Shown piece by piece: positions 32,847-43,665 of a stretch of 64,000 nucleotides of DNA. The position numbers and the translations under genes are program-made. Numbering within the stretch: position 1 is the first letter of the stretch; every line of letters begins with the position of its first letter. The notes beneath the pieces are model-generated. The model was not told the DNA's origin and searched no databases. It was given only the letters and a program-made list of their open reading frames with translations. This DNA is from Gammaproteobacteria bacterium (GTDB taxonomy: Bacteria; Pseudomonadota; Gammaproteobacteria; Eutrophobiales; Eutrophobiaceae), in contig CBDBDW010000002.1 in the NCBI GenBank assembly GCA_965204045.1, positions 3,026,260-3,090,259 on the forward strand, given 5' to 3'.

Positions 32847-34643
32847 ATGGAGCGGATCAGAAACTTTTCCATCATCGCGCATATAGACCATGGCAAGTCA
32901 ACGCTGGCGGACCGGTTTATCCAGGTATGCGGCGGTCTGAGTGAACGGGAAATGTCCGCACAAGTGCTGGATTCCATGGAACTGGAAAAAGAGCGGGGCA
33001 TTACTATCAAATCCCAGAGTGTGCGCCTGAATTATCCCCACAGTGACGGCAACTCTTACCAGTTCAACATCATCGACACGCCGGGGCATGTGGATTTCAG
33101 TTATGAAGTGTCCCGTTCACTGTCTGCCTGCGAAGGCGCGTTGCTGGTCGTGGATTGTTCCCAGAGCGTGGAAGCGCAGACGGTTGCGAATTGCTTTGCC
33201 GCCATTGATAATGGCCTGGAAGTCATCCCTGTGTTGAACAAGATAGACCTGCCGGCGGCTGACCCGGAAAAGGCCATGATGGATATAGAGGAATTGATCG
33301 GAATAGATGCAAGGAATGCCCTGCTGGTCAGCGCCAAAACCGGGGAGGGGCTGGAGCGACTTCTCAGCGCCATTATTGAACGCGTCCCCCCGCCTGAAGG
33401 TGATAGCGGGATGCCTCTGACGGCCCTGATTGTCGATTCCTGGTTTGACAATTACCTGGGGGTCGTTTCCCTGGTACGGGTAATCGAGGGCAGCCTGAGC
33501 GTCGGGGACAAGATCAGGATATTCTCTACCGGGCAGGATTACGTTGTTGATGAGGTCGGTTCGTTTACCCCGAAAAGAACTCCGGGCGTCTGCCTGGCTA
33601 CAGGGGAGGTAGGTTACGTAGTTGCTGGCATCAAGGAAATTCTCGGCGCTCCGGTCGGCGATACCATTACCTTGAGTAAACGTCCTGCACAACGCCCGCT
33701 ACCCGGTTTCCAGCCCGCCAAACCCCGCGTATTTGCCGGTATGTTTCCCATCGATTCTAATGACTTCGAGGGCTTTCGGGATGCGCTGGCAAAGCTCAAG
33801 CTGAATGACGCGGCGCTGTATTTTGAACCGGAAACCTCACAGGCCCTGGGCTTTGGGTTTCGTTGCGGGTTTTTAGGCATTTTGCACATGGAAATTGTCC
33901 AGGAACGCCTGGAAAGAGAATACGGCATAGACCTGATAACAACGGCGCCGACCGTGGTGTATGAAGTTGAAACCACTGCCGGCATGAAGCTCTATATTGA
34001 CAACCCTGCCGACCTCCCCGGCGCGAATGAGATGGTTGCGATTCGCGAACCCGTCGTGCGGGCTGATATACTCACGCCGCAGGAATACCTGGGCAACGTT
34101 ATCTCCCTGTGTATTGAGAAAAGAGGCAAACAGAAGAAACTACACTATGCCGGGCGACAGGTATCCATTGCGTTCGATCTTCCCTTAAGCGAAATTGTGC
34201 TGGATTTTTTTGACAGGCTGAAATCGGTCAGCAAGGGATACGCCTCCTTTGATTATCACTTTGAACGCTATAATGAAGCGCCCCTTGTGAAACTGGACGT
34301 GTTGATCAACGGAGACAGGGTGGATGCCTTGTCGAGTATCGTACACAGGGACCTTGCGCAGCGACGCGGGCGTGAACTGGCGGCCAGAATGAAACAGCTT
34401 GTGCCCCGGCAGATGTACGAGGTGGCGATACAGGCAGCCATAGGATCAAAAATCATCGCCAGGGAATCCGTCAAGGCGTTGCGCAAGAACGTTACGGCCA
34501 AGTGTTATGGCGGCGACGTGACGCGCAAGAGAAAACTGCTGGAAAAACAAAAGGCGGGAAAGAAACGAATGAAACAACTGGGTTCGGTGGAAATACCACA
34601 ATCCGCGTTCATGGCGATTCTCGATGTCGGAGGTGGGCAATGA
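32847..34643 (+). CDS. lepA: elongation factor 4
   Basis: [38 protein letters not shown]. Confidence 0.98.
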   Translation: MERIRNFSIIAHIDHGKSTLADRFIQVCGGLSEREMSAQVLDSMELEKERGITIKSQSVRLNYPHSDGNSYQFNIIDTPGHVDFSYEVSRSLSACEGALLVVDCSQSVEAQTVANCFAAIDNGLEVIPVLNKIDLPAADPEKAMMDIEELIGIDARNALLVSAKTGEGLERLLSAIIERVPPPEGDSGMPLTALIVDSWFDNYLGVVSLVRVIEGSLSVGDKIRIFSTGQDYVVDEVGSFTPKRTPGVCLATGEVGYVVAGIKEILGAPVGDTITLSKRPAQRPLPGFQPAKPRVFAGMFPIDSNDFEGFRDALAKLKLNDAALYFEPETSQALGFGFRCGFLGILHMEIVQERLEREYGIDLITTAPTVVYEVETTAGMKLYIDNPADLPGANEMVAIREPVVRADILTPQEYLGNVISLCIEKRGKQKKLHYAGRQVSIAFDLPLSEIVLDFFDRLKSVSKGYASFDYHFERYNEAPLVKLDVLINGDRVDALSSIVHRDLAQRRGRELAARMKQLVPRQMYEVAIQAAIGSKIIARESVKALRKNVTAKCYGGDVTRKRKLLEKQKAGKKRMKQLGSVEIPQSAFMAILDVGGGQ

Positions 34644-35443
34644 CCTTTGATTTCGCCGGCGTGCTGGTATTGCTTACCGCTGTCAGCGGCATAATCTGGG
34701 CGATTGATGCGATGTTTTTTGCCCGCAACAGGAAACCTTCCACCGGCGATGAACGCACTGAACCGCTGATCGTCGATTATGCCCGTTCACTTTTTCCCGT
34801 TTTTTTCATCGTATTGATCCTGCGTTCATTTATCGTCGAACCATTCCGGATACCTTCCGCTTCCATGATGCCGACACTGTTAAGAGGCGATTTCATCCTG
34901 GTCAACAAGTACGATTACGGCATTCGCCTGCCGGTGCTGAACGCCAAGGTGTTCGGCAGCGGGAAACCGCAACGCGGCGACATCATCGTCTTCCGGTATC
35001 CTGAAGACCCCGCAGTGCCGTTTATCAAGCGGGTAGTGGGCGTGCCCGGCGACCGCCTGCAGTACAAGGACAAAAGCCTGATAATAAACGGCGCGCAAGT
35101 CGGGCTCGATCTCAAGGGGGTTTATCACAGTGATGGAGTAGGCAGGAGAGAGAACGGTTCATACCTCGTGGAAGAACAACTGGGCAAACTCAAACACGAT
35201 ATATTAATCAACCCCTTGCAGCTTTCGTCTGTGGAGATTGACCGGAAAATACCGGAAGGGCATTATTTTGTCCTGGGCGATAACCGTGACAACAGCAGGG
35301 ACAGCCGCTACTGGGGCCTGGTTCCGGACGAAAACCTCGTGGGCAGGGCATTTTATATCTGGATGAACTGGAGCAGCGACGGCATCCTTGACTTGCGGAG
35401 CTGGGATATTGACAGGCAGCGTATCGGGTCTGCAATAAAGTAA
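34640..35443 (+). CDS. lepB: signal peptidase I
   Basis: [32 protein letters not shown]; ATGA overlap with lepA. Confidence 0.97.
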   Translation: MTFDFAGVLVLLTAVSGIIWAIDAMFFARNRKPSTGDERTEPLIVDYARSLFPVFFIVLILRSFIVEPFRIPSASMMPTLLRGDFILVNKYDYGIRLPVLNAKVFGSGKPQRGDIIVFRYPEDPAVPFIKRVVGVPGDRLQYKDKSLIINGAQVGLDLKGVYHSDGVGRRENGSYLVEEQLGKLKHDILINPLQLSSVEIDRKIPEGHYFVLGDNRDNSRDSRYWGLVPDENLVGRAFYIWMNWSSDGILDLRSWDIDRQRIGSAIK

Positions 35444-35450
35444 CCCCCAA

Positions 35451-36152
35451 ATGGCGCACATGGGCACAGATAAGGATTTAAACCTGCATATCAGGAATGT
35501 CCTGGGACATGATTTTGGCGATGCCGAATTGTTGCACAGGGCAATGACACACCGCAGTTTCAGCAGAAACCACAATGAACGGCTTGAATTTCTTGGAGAT
35601 GCCTTGCTTGGCATGTTCATTGCCGATGCGTTGTTTACAAAATTCCCGGAGGCTGCGGAAAGCGACCTGACGCGGTTGCGCTCATCCCTGGTAAACAAGG
35701 AAACCCTTGCGCGGCTGGCGCAGCAACTTGATCTTGGCAGGCATATCAAGTTCGGTGTCGGTGAGCACAAAAGCGGAGGATGGCGAAAAAAGTCGCTCCT
35801 TTCCAATGCCATGGAAGCGTTGATAGGAGCAGTTTACCTGGATTCAAACCTGGAAAGCTGCCGTCGTTTCATTCTGTCTCTATACGCCAGCCTGCTGGAT
35901 GACTTAACCATCGAGAATATACCTAAAGACCCGAAATCCCGATTGCAGGAATACCTGCAGGCCAATAAAAAGTCGCTGCCTGCCTACCAGGTCATCGCAG
36001 AAGAAGGTGAAGCACACAATAAGATGTTCACTATAGAATGCTGCATTGACGATATTGCCAGGCCTGTCGTGGCCAAAGGCAGAAGCAAGAGGGACGCGGA
36101 ACAGGAGGCGGCAAAGGCAGCATTGAAAATGATATCTCCGGATGCAGGTTAA
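35451..36152 (+). CDS. rnc: ribonuclease III
   Basis: NERLEFLGDA and dsRBD DPKSRLQEYLQ. Confidence 0.97.
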   Translation: MAHMGTDKDLNLHIRNVLGHDFGDAELLHRAMTHRSFSRNHNERLEFLGDALLGMFIADALFTKFPEAAESDLTRLRSSLVNKETLARLAQQLDLGRHIKFGVGEHKSGGWRKKSLLSNAMEALIGAVYLDSNLESCRRFILSLYASLLDDLTIENIPKDPKSRLQEYLQANKKSLPAYQVIAEEGEAHNKMFTIECCIDDIARPVVAKGRSKRDAEQEAAKAALKMISPDAG

Positions 36153-37041
36153 AGGTCCGGAATTCAAGGCCGGTTATGTATCCATCGTCGGCCGTCCCAA
36201 CGTCGGCAAATCGACACTGCTGAACCGGTTGATCGAACACAAGATCAGTATCGTCACACGAAAACCGCAAACGACGCGCTGGCAGATTCGAGGGATAAAA
36301 TCAACGCCGGAATACCAGATAATCTTCACCGACACGCCCGGCTACCAGAATAACCACAAAAACGCGATTAACCGGTATATGAACAGGGAGGTAACGAGCT
36401 CATTGTCGCATACAGACGTGGTCTTGTTTGTTGTTGAAGCAGTCAAGTGGGGTCGCAATGACGCCCTGGTTGCCGGCCTGTTGAAGGAAGTCAGCGCAAC
36501 CCTGGTACTGGTTATCAATAAGCTGGACCTGCTCAAGGAACGCGCAAGCCTGTTGCCGTATATGGATAACCTGAAGGAAAAGCTGCCATTTGCGGAGATT
36601 GTGCCGCTCAGCGCCAGGCGCCGGAAAGATGTCGACCTGCTGGAAAGCAAGATAGTTGCAATGCTCCCACCTGGAGAACCCTTGTTTCCGACCGATCAGA
36701 TCACTGACAGGAGCACGCGCTTTGTGGCGGCTGAATATATAAGGGAAAAAGTGATGGAGCGCCTGGGTGATGAACTGCCTTACCGGACGTCCGTCACTAT
36801 CGACGTCTTTAAGGATGAGCCGGAACTGTTGAGCATATCCGCCACCATCTGGGTGGAACGCCGCTCACAACGGGCCATCCTCATTGGGGGAGACGGCAAA
36901 ATGCTGAAATCGATAGGCGCCGAGGCGCGTATTGAACTGGAAAATTTCTTTTCAAAAAAGGTATACCTGCAAACCTGGGTGAAAACGAAAAAGAACTGGA
37001 CCGAAGACATCAAGGCGATGAAGACACTTGGGTATGACTAG
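36142..37041 (+). CDS. era: GTPase Era
   Basis: GRPNVGKSTL, KPQTTR, DTPG, NKLD, KH domain. Confidence 0.97.
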   Translation: MQVKGPEFKAGYVSIVGRPNVGKSTLLNRLIEHKISIVTRKPQTTRWQIRGIKSTPEYQIIFTDTPGYQNNHKNAINRYMNREVTSSLSHTDVVLFVVEAVKWGRNDALVAGLLKEVSATLVLVINKLDLLKERASLLPYMDNLKEKLPFAEIVPLSARRRKDVDLLESKIVAMLPPGEPLFPTDQITDRSTRFVAAEYIREKVMERLGDELPYRTSVTIDVFKDEPELLSISATIWVERRSQRAILIGGDGKMLKSIGAEARIELENFFSKKVYLQTWVKTKKNWTEDIKAMKTLGYD

Positions 37042-38797
37042 CCCGGCTGACACCATCGGTGAGGCGCTGGTACACAGCAACCTGCTGCAACCCGCGGAGC
37101 TGGAACGCGCGCTCATCGTCAATGACCGGCGCGCGGACGGTATCGGCCCGTTGCTGGTGCGCCTGGGCCTGGTCTCGGAGAAGGACCTGGCCCGCTGTTA
37201 CGCCGAACGGCACGACCTGGCGGTCCTGCAGGAGCACGAATGGCCCGAGCTGCCGGTCAGTGCCGCCAACCTGTCCCACAGGTTCCTGAAGCAGGCGCGG
37301 GTCCTGCCCGTCCTGGCGGACGATAACGGGATAACCCTGGCGGTTGCGGACCCGGAAGACCGCTTTACCATCAAGGCCGTCGAAGTGGCCTGCGAAAAAC
37401 CGGTCGCGCTGAAACTTGCCACCGTGACCCAGGTGGAGCGCGCCCTGGACCGCCTGTATGGCGGCGACAAGTCCCAGATGGAGGGCATCGTCGAGGAAAT
37501 CCGGCCGGAGGACGTTGCCTCGCCGCTCGATTCCATCGAGGAGTTGCGCAACCTGGCGGCGGAGGCGCCCATCGTGCGCCTGGTCAACCTCATCATCAAC
37601 CGGGCCATGACCTTGCGCGCCTCCGACATCCATATCGAACCCTTCGAGAACCGGCTCAAGGTCCGTTACCGCATCGATGGTGTCCTGCAGGAAGGGGAAG
37701 CCCCGCCGGTGCATTCCGCGGCGGCGGTGATCTCACGCATCAAGATCATGGCGAAACTGAATATCGCCGAACGCCGCCTGCCCCAGGACGGCCGCATACA
37801 GGTCAAGGCGCAGGGCAAACCCGTGGATATGCGGGTGTCCACCGTGCCCACCCTGTACGGTGAAAGCATGGCGCTGCGCATCCTGGACAAGGACCAGGTG
37901 GCGCTGGACATGGACGCGCTCGGCTTCGATACGGCGGGGAAACAGCGGTTTGAGGCCCTGCTCACCCAGCCGCACGGCATCATCCTGGTCACCGGGCCGA
38001 CCGGCAGCGGCAAGACCACCACCCTGTATGCCGCGTTGCAGACTCTCAATACGCCCGGGAAGAAAATCCTGACGGTGGAGGACCCGGTGGAATACCAGTT
38101 GGAGGGGATCAACCAGGTCCAGGTGAAACCCCGGATAGGCCTTGATTTCGCAAACGCGCTGCGCTCTATCGTGCGGCAGGACCCCGACATCATCATGATC
38201 GGTGAAATGCGGGATCTTGAAACCGCGCGCATTGCCGTGCAATCGGCGCTCACGGGGCACCTGGTGTTCTCAACGCTGCACACCAACGACGCCGGCAGTT
38301 CCGTGACCCGCCTGCTGGATATGGGGGTGGAAGATTACCTGCTCACTTCCACCCTGAACGGAATCCTGGCGCAGCGCCTGGTGCGCACCCTGTGCCGCGA
38401 CTGCCGGGAGCCCGATACGCCGTCACCGGCGCAGCTCGATGAGTTGCAGCGCTGGGCGGCCGCAGAGGACAGTTCCGACCCCGGCCATGACCTGCTCGCG
38501 GTATTGAACAATGACGTCTCGCCCGGGCAATACCGGCGCGCCGGCGAACTGGTTTTCTACCGGGCAACCGGCTGCAAAAGCTGCTCTTACACGGGTTACC
38601 ATGGCCGCACCGTGATCAGTGAACTGCTGGTCCTGTCCGAGTCCGTGCGCCGGCTTATCCTGTCCCGCGCGGACGCCAGGGAAATACAGCGCGCGGCGCT
38701 CAACGCCGGCATGGACAGCATGAAAATCGACGGCTTGAGAAAGGCGTTGCAGGGAGTGACCACGATTGAGGAAGTGGCGCGTGTGACCCAGGTCTAG
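37034..38797 (+). CDS. gspE: type II secretion ATPase GspE/XpsE
   Basis: ASDIHIEP, GPTGSGKTTTLY, TVEDPVE, GEMRD, STLHTND; ATG overlaps era stop. Confidence 0.95.
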   Translation: MTSPADTIGEALVHSNLLQPAELERALIVNDRRADGIGPLLVRLGLVSEKDLARCYAERHDLAVLQEHEWPELPVSAANLSHRFLKQARVLPVLADDNGITLAVADPEDRFTIKAVEVACEKPVALKLATVTQVERALDRLYGGDKSQMEGIVEEIRPEDVASPLDSIEELRNLAAEAPIVRLVNLIINRAMTLRASDIHIEPFENRLKVRYRIDGVLQEGEAPPVHSAAAVISRIKIMAKLNIAERRLPQDGRIQVKAQGKPVDMRVSTVPTLYGESMALRILDKDQVALDMDALGFDTAGKQRFEALLTQPHGIILVTGPTGSGKTTTLYAALQTLNTPGKKILTVEDPVEYQLEGINQVQVKPRIGLDFANALRSIVRQDPDIIMIGEMRDLETARIAVQSALTGHLVFSTLHTNDAGSSVTRLLDMGVEDYLLTSTLNGILAQRLVRTLCRDCREPDTPSPAQLDELQRWAAAEDSSDPGHDLLAVLNNDVSPGQYRRAGELVFYRATGCKSCSYTGYHGRTVISELLVLSESVRRLILSRADAREIQRAALNAGMDSMKIDGLRKALQGVTTIEEVARVTQV

Positions 38798-38951
38798 TAC
38801 TCTTACTGAAGGAAAGCATCCACTTCCATATCATCATTGAGAGAAATGATTCTGAACTTCTGTCTATTTATAACGCTGGCTTCGGGCAATACTTACCGGT
38901 TGACGTCAGCGACCAGTGGCTTAAAATTGACCTGTCACTTGAACCATCCTG

Positions 38952-39218
38952 ATGACAGAGAAAGACATGAACCGGGAACATGAACTGTTGGACCGCATCA
39001 CTGTACGCCCCGATGTGTTTGGCGGCAAACCCATCATTCGCGACATGCGCATTTCGGTTGAACTCATCCTCAGCCTGCTGGCACAGGGCGTCACAACAGA
39101 TGCCATTCTGGAAGATTACCCGGAACTGGAACCGGATGACATTCGCGCCTGCACCGCCTACGCGCACGCGGTCATCGCCCGGGATTCGCTGGACGCCATA
39201 TCGATAGCAACCTCGTGA
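38952..39218 (+). CDS. DUF433 antitoxin
   Basis: RITVRPDVFGGKPIIRDMRISV..ILEDYPELEPDDIRA. Confidence 0.9.
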   Translation: MTEKDMNREHELLDRITVRPDVFGGKPIIRDMRISVELILSLLAQGVTTDAILEDYPELEPDDIRACTAYAHAVIARDSLDAISIATS

Positions 39219-39583
39219 GATTTCTGGTCGGCCGATGTGCCGGGCGCCGGCTGTCTACGTGGCTGCGTCATCACGGTCATGATGTGCTTGAAGCCCGTGA
39301 CCTCGGCGATGATCCGGGAGATCGGGCTTTGCTTGAGCGTGCTGGCGCTGACGAGAGAATTCTGGTGACGATCGACACAGACTTCGGCGAGTTGATTTAC
39401 TTACACAAGATTCCCCACGCTGGCCTGGTGCGCCTTCCGGATGTCCCGGCCGACCAGCGTATAGCTTTACTTGCCGAACTGATCGAGCGGCACCCTCAAG
39501 CGCTGGAAACAAAGGCGACGGTCACTATCCGTGGTGGCCGCGTGCGCATCTCTTATCCGCCGTCGTATGAAGACAACCCTTGA
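39215..39583 (+). CDS. DUF5615 PIN-like toxin (first acidic residue apparently Gly)
   Basis: MRFLVGRC..GHDV..DRALLE..RILVTIDTDFGEL; coupled to DUF433 gene. Confidence 0.8.
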   Translation: MRFLVGRCAGRRLSTWLRHHGHDVLEARDLGDDPGDRALLERAGADERILVTIDTDFGELIYLHKIPHAGLVRLPDVPADQRIALLAELIERHPQALETKATVTIRGGRVRISYPPSYEDNP

Positions 39584-39589
39584 GTAAGT

Positions 39590-40290
39590 AAACCCGCTAC
39601 CCGGGCTCAGGCGGTAGCGCCAGTCACCGGTCCACTGGTAGTTGTCCCGCGACTTCCTGTGCCACGCGCTGACAAAGTACATCAGGTCGGTGAGCCCGGC
39701 TCCGTCCACGTCCGTCAGCGACAGGTCCGACCAGACAAAGCCGGTCTCCTGCAGGCACACGGTCGATCCCGGGCCGACGCACTCTTTGACCCAGACCGAT
39801 AGTCGCCGCCTTGTTGAAGGCGGTGCAGGAGCGGGCAGGGCGGGGGGTACCCGTGCGGGTTTCCGCCAGCACGTTGCCGCGGGCGTCCTGCACGGCATAG
39901 AAACCTTACGACCTCGATTTTGCCGGCAAAAAGGGGGCTGCTCCGCGCCAGCGTCACCGTTGCCGTTGTCATCGCAGGTGTAGGTGTCACTGCCGGCGCG
40001 TGTGACCGCATGGGGACGGGTTGACCCGTAGGTGTAAGCCCCCACGTCACTCTTGTTGGTGATGTTGCCCAGGGCATCGTAGGTCACCGTCTGTGCGCTC
40101 CGCCCGGCCACCTGTGCCTCGGTCAACCGATTCAGGGTGTCGTAGGTGAAGGTCTCCGTAAGCATCTTGCACACCGAGGTCTCGCCCCGGCTCGTCAGGT
40201 TGCCCACCAGGTCCCACTCGTACTCAAGCGCTTGTATCTTGCGACGCAATACATCCCGGCTGGTGATAGACCGGATGCGTCCGGTCTTAT
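39590..40290 (-). pseudogene. patchwork of diverged fragments of the RHS toxin gene
   Basis: EWDLVGNLTSRGETSV..YGSTRPHAVTRAGS, QDARGNV, VKECVG..CLQET, DGLTDLMYFV..WTGDWRYRLS match non-adjacent parts of 43666-55188. Confidence 0.8.
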
Positions 40291-40404
40291 GGTGTTCTCC
40301 CCTGAAGCTGTGTGGGGCGGGTTACGGGGGAGAGATCAGGGGCGTGAGGTCAGAGGTCGGAACCCATCCTCAGCCTTGTAATGTGCATTGTGCGACCTGA
40401 CCCC

Positions 40405-40630
40405 GTGCATGTTGTTCAAGGCCGGGTTGTGCGGCTCCCGGACCTCCGTCTCCAGCAGCCCCTGCCTGGGGTCGGTGTTGCCGGTGTTGTTGCCGGGGTA
40501 ATAGGTGAACGAGGAACTGCGGGCGGCCGTCACCTTCGCGTCATAGTTGTCGTCGTTGGCCGTCTCGTTGCACTGGCGCATCACCGTGGTCTGCACACCC
40601 CGGCACGTTGCGCAAACGTCCCGGGCAGCA
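40405..40630 (-). pseudogene. RHS toxin gene fragment
   Basis: NETANDDNYDAKVTAARSSSFTYYPGNNTGNTDPRQGLLETEVRE matches about 47240-47430; a shorter copy lies at 42714-42810. Confidence 0.8.
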
Positions 40631-40783
40631 TGGAAACCTTACGGCCTCGTTTTTGAGGGCAAAAAGGGGGTTTTATAGGGAAAATAACAGGCAATACCGG
40701 CATGTAATCCGAACGAAAACAGGTAGTTAGGATGGTCCGACCCCCTCCCTCGGGAAGGATGAAGCGTCCGCGTGCTTCGACGA

Positions 40784-41068
40784 TCAAGCCAGGACTGAAC
40801 GATCTCTGTAGCTTGAATCAATGATAAGGAAAGCATCCACTTCCATATCATCATTGAGAAAATTGAGATGTGCCGGGTCGTAGCCGGTGCGCAGACCCAT
40901 GGGAAATGACTGCTGAACAAAGGAAGTTTTATCAGCATCGCAAAGCAGGTCAGCGAGCCCCCTGGTAACAGCCTGGTTCAATGTTTCCTTGAAGCTTTGC
41001 CCGCGCTGGTGCATAGCTTCACGAAGCAGGCGTTCTGTTTCCGGTTCTAATGTCACTGTTGTACGCAT
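40784..41068 (-). CDS. orphan VapB-like antitoxin
   Basis: MRTTVTLEPETERLLREAM..SFKETLNQAV..GL; no intact toxin follows. Confidence 0.7.
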   Translation of the reverse strand: MRTTVTLEPETERLLREAMHQRGQSFKETLNQAVTRGLADLLCDADKTSFVQQSFPMGLRTGYDPAHLNFLNDDMEVDAFLIIDSSYRDRSVLA

Positions 41069-41182
41069 GAGATACATAATGATGTGAAATATGGGAATTA
41101 TATACGATAGTACCGAAGGACCAGCCTCAATATGCGAAGGTATAATACCCGTCAAATGAGATAGAGCGATACACCTATGCCT

Positions 41183-41473
41183 TCAAAACCCATCTTCCCG
41201 GCCATGTCGGACTCGAACAATGACTACGTGATCTTCCTCCTCCCGGTAGCGCATGACATAATTACTACTACCAAAGGGGATTATAAGTTCCCGGAATGGC
41301 AATGCTTCTTCGACGTGTTTTCCCACTTTCGGATTTTCCCGCAAAATTTGCGCTGCCTGCTTGATTCGATTTGCCGCACGTTGGGCAGCGATAGAATTTT
41401 TTTCTTCTATAAACCTTCGTAATCGAGCTATATCTCTTATGGCCCCGGGCAACCAGACTATTTCACGGGGCAC
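41183..41473 (-). CDS. RelE/ParE toxin
   Basis: IVWLPGAIRDIARLRRFI..RELIIPFG..YVMRYR..IVRVRHGRE. Confidence 0.88.
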   Translation of the reverse strand: MPREIVWLPGAIRDIARLRRFIEEKNSIAAQRAANRIKQAAQILRENPKVGKHVEEALPFRELIIPFGSSNYVMRYREEEDHVVIVRVRHGREDGF

Positions 41474-41721
41474 GGTTTTTCTTGAGCCGTCCCCCAGGAA
41501 TCCAACCAGTCAGTCACAACATCATTACTGACCGCTTCCCCTGTTTCCTGATAATGTTCCCAACGAGCAAGAATCTCCTGTTTCTCAGATTCCCTGGCCT
41601 CCTCCTGGTTGATATAATGCTTCAAGGCCTCTTCAGCGAGATAATTTTTTGATCGATTGGTCTTTTCGGCCAAAGCATCCAACCGCCTTTCCAGTTGTTC
41701 ATCCAGCTTTACGCTCAGCAT
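41458..41721 (-). CDS. CopG/RHH antitoxin
   Basis: MLSVKLDEQLERRLDALAEKTNRSKNYLAEEAL..WLDSWGT. Confidence 0.85.
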   Translation of the reverse strand: MLSVKLDEQLERRLDALAEKTNRSKNYLAEEALKHYINQEEARESEKQEILARWEHYQETGEAVSNDVVTDWLDSWGTAQEKPCPVK

Positions 41722-42129
41722 AACATTCACCCGCTTTAAAGAATTTATAACTACCTGCAGATTAGCATAATCGGTCTCAGTCTGCACTTCCCTTATCCTG
41801 ATTCCCTTATCCTGATTCAACATCCTTATGTTTGAGTTAGAATGGTCCGACCCCTTCCTCATCCCGCCTGGTGATAGACTGGATGCGTCCGGTCTTGTGG
41901 TGTTCTCCCCTGAAGCTGCGTGGGGCGGGTTACGGGGGAGAGATCAGGGGAGTGAGGTCAGCGGTCGGAACCCATCCTCAGCCTTGTGCATTGTGCGACC
42001 TGACCCCCCATACGGAAATCTTACAGCCTTGTTTTTGAGGGCAAAAAGGCGGGTTTAAGGAGAAATATCAGGCAAAACCGGCACGTAAACCGAAGAAAAA
42101 CAAAGAGTTGGGATGGTCCAACCCCTTCT

Positions 42130-42560
42130 TCTCGCCGCCGGCCTCGGGCACGTGCAGCAAATCGCCGTTGCCGTCGCCGTTCATGTCCACCGTGAGGAAC
42201 GCCTCACCGTCCTTGCCGGCGCTGCGGCGCACCTGTGCCGGCATGCCGGTCTCAAACGCCCCGCGCGCGGGCGACCAGCGCCGCACCCGGACCTGGCGCG
42301 TCGGCACGTCGTGGTACAGGAAATCCGGGTAGCCGTCGCCGTTGTCGTCCACCAGCGAGGGCGCGCGCGGCGCCTGGGCGCCGGCCGATGTGGCGGCCAG
42401 CAGGGTTGTCTCAGCGGTGAACCCGGCGCCGTGGCTCAGACGGTATTCCCAGTCGCCTGTCCACTGCCAGTTCTTGCCGGACTTGCGATACCACCTCCCG
42501 ACAAAATACACCAGGTCCGAGAGGCCGTCCCGGTTCAGGTCCGTGGCCCGCACACCCCTG
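42130..42560 (-). pseudogene. diverged FG-GAP region fragment of the RHS toxin gene
   Basis: DLNRDGLSDLVYFVG..DDNGDGYPDFLYHDVP..DMNGDGNGDLLHVPEA matches about 48435-48850. Confidence 0.85.
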
Positions 42561-43053
42561 GCAATACTGCCTTGCTGCCCGCTCGACAGGACAAAGGCAC
42601 CGTCAGAAACAATTAGGATGGTCCGACCCCTTCCTGCTTTTTCCTCCTGCTATCAAGTAAGGGTGTGGTCAAAATATTCGCTGGAGTCTCTGTGCATTGT
42701 GCGACCTGACCCCGTTTCCGTGTTGTTGTCGTCGTTGGCCGTCTCGTTGCGCTGGCGCATCACCGTGGTCTGCACACCCCGGCACGTTGCGCAAGCGTCC
42801 TGGGCAGCATGGAAACCTTACGGCCTCGTTTTTGAGGGCAAAAAGAGGGCTTTAAGGAAAAGTATCAGGCAAAACCAGCATGTAAACCGAATGAAAACAA
42901 AGAGTTGGGATGGTCCGACCCCTTCCTGTGGAATCCACAGCCTCGCTTTGAGGGCAAAAAGGGGGCTTTAAGAAAAAATATCAGGCAAAACCGACATGTA
43001 AACCGAACGAAAACAAAGAGTTGGAATGGTCCGACCCCTTCCTTCCCAGCCCG

Positions 43054-43665
43054 TCATCTCACAAAAATCTCTTTACGTTCACTATTAACTAATACAAAAG
43101 CATCATCTTGATAGCGATAAACGTCTGTAACTAAGGCTCTTTTTTCAGCAGACAAACTCTCTTGATTTTTAACTGTGACCACATTACCCGCTACCTCAAT
43201 ACTTCTCATATTGCTGGCTATGGGTGTCCCTTCAATTAATTCGATTTTACTGCGAGCTAATCCACCAGTAAATTTATATGCCTCAAATACATAAGCATTT
43301 CCGCCTGCATAATAAAATAATAACAAATTTTGCTCATTCTGAAGTTCATGCAGCTTTGCTTTTGGGGAATGACCGTCGATTACCGATAATATGCTCAGAT
43401 ACCGATTATGATAACGCCCAATCAGATAGGTCTCATACGTCGGTATGCAATAGCCATCTGCATTTTCAAAAAAGATTTTTCCTGACTCAAGCGATTCAAG
43501 ACCTTGTGAATCAGCAACTTTTGTATCAATATCGCTGAGCAGTTCCTTCACCTCCAATCTGGAGATGCAAACTTCCGCATTAGCAGTTGGGTCCACCGCC
43601 CGCCCAATTGCAGACACTATAAACAAACAGATACCTGCACCGATTAAAATTAAATTCTTCATCAT
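43054..43665 (-). CDS. putative exported immunity protein
   Basis: Starts immediately after the toxin stop; signal peptide MMKNLILIGAGICLFIVSAIGRA; low GC like the toxin tip. Confidence 0.7.
   Translation of the reverse strand: MMKNLILIGAGICLFIVSAIGRAVDPTANAEVCISRLEVKELLSDIDTKVADSQGLESLESGKIFFENADGYCIPTYETYLIGRYHNRYLSILSVIDGHSPKAKLHELQNEQNLLLFYYAGGNAYVFEAYKFTGGLARSKIELIEGTPIASNMRSIEVAGNVVTVKNQESLSAEKRALVTDVYRYQDDAFVLVNSERKEIFVR

Larger units (their letters stand above)
40637..43038. repeat. dispersed ~110-bp direct repeat ending GGATGGTCCGACCCC
   Basis: Full copies 40637-40744, 42020-42125, 42816-42922, 42940-43038; partial 39904-39937, 41834-41853, 42613-42630; second motif GTGCATTGTGCGACCTGACCCC at 40383, 41986, 42692. 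Confidence 0.9.

Noticed and set aside
34502-34639. Extended lepB N-terminus
   Set aside because: Overlaps lepA; the ATGA-coupled start at 34640 with GGAGG RBS is more plausible
39590-42810. Diversity-generating retroelement template/variable repeats
   Set aside because: No reverse transcriptase in the window and differences from the toxin gene are not confined to adenines
40383-43038. CRISPR array or integron attC array
   Set aside because: Repeats are ~110 bp or irregularly spaced, spacers vary from ~20 bp to over 1 kb, no cas or intI gene, no RYYYAAC/GTTRRRY attC boxes seen
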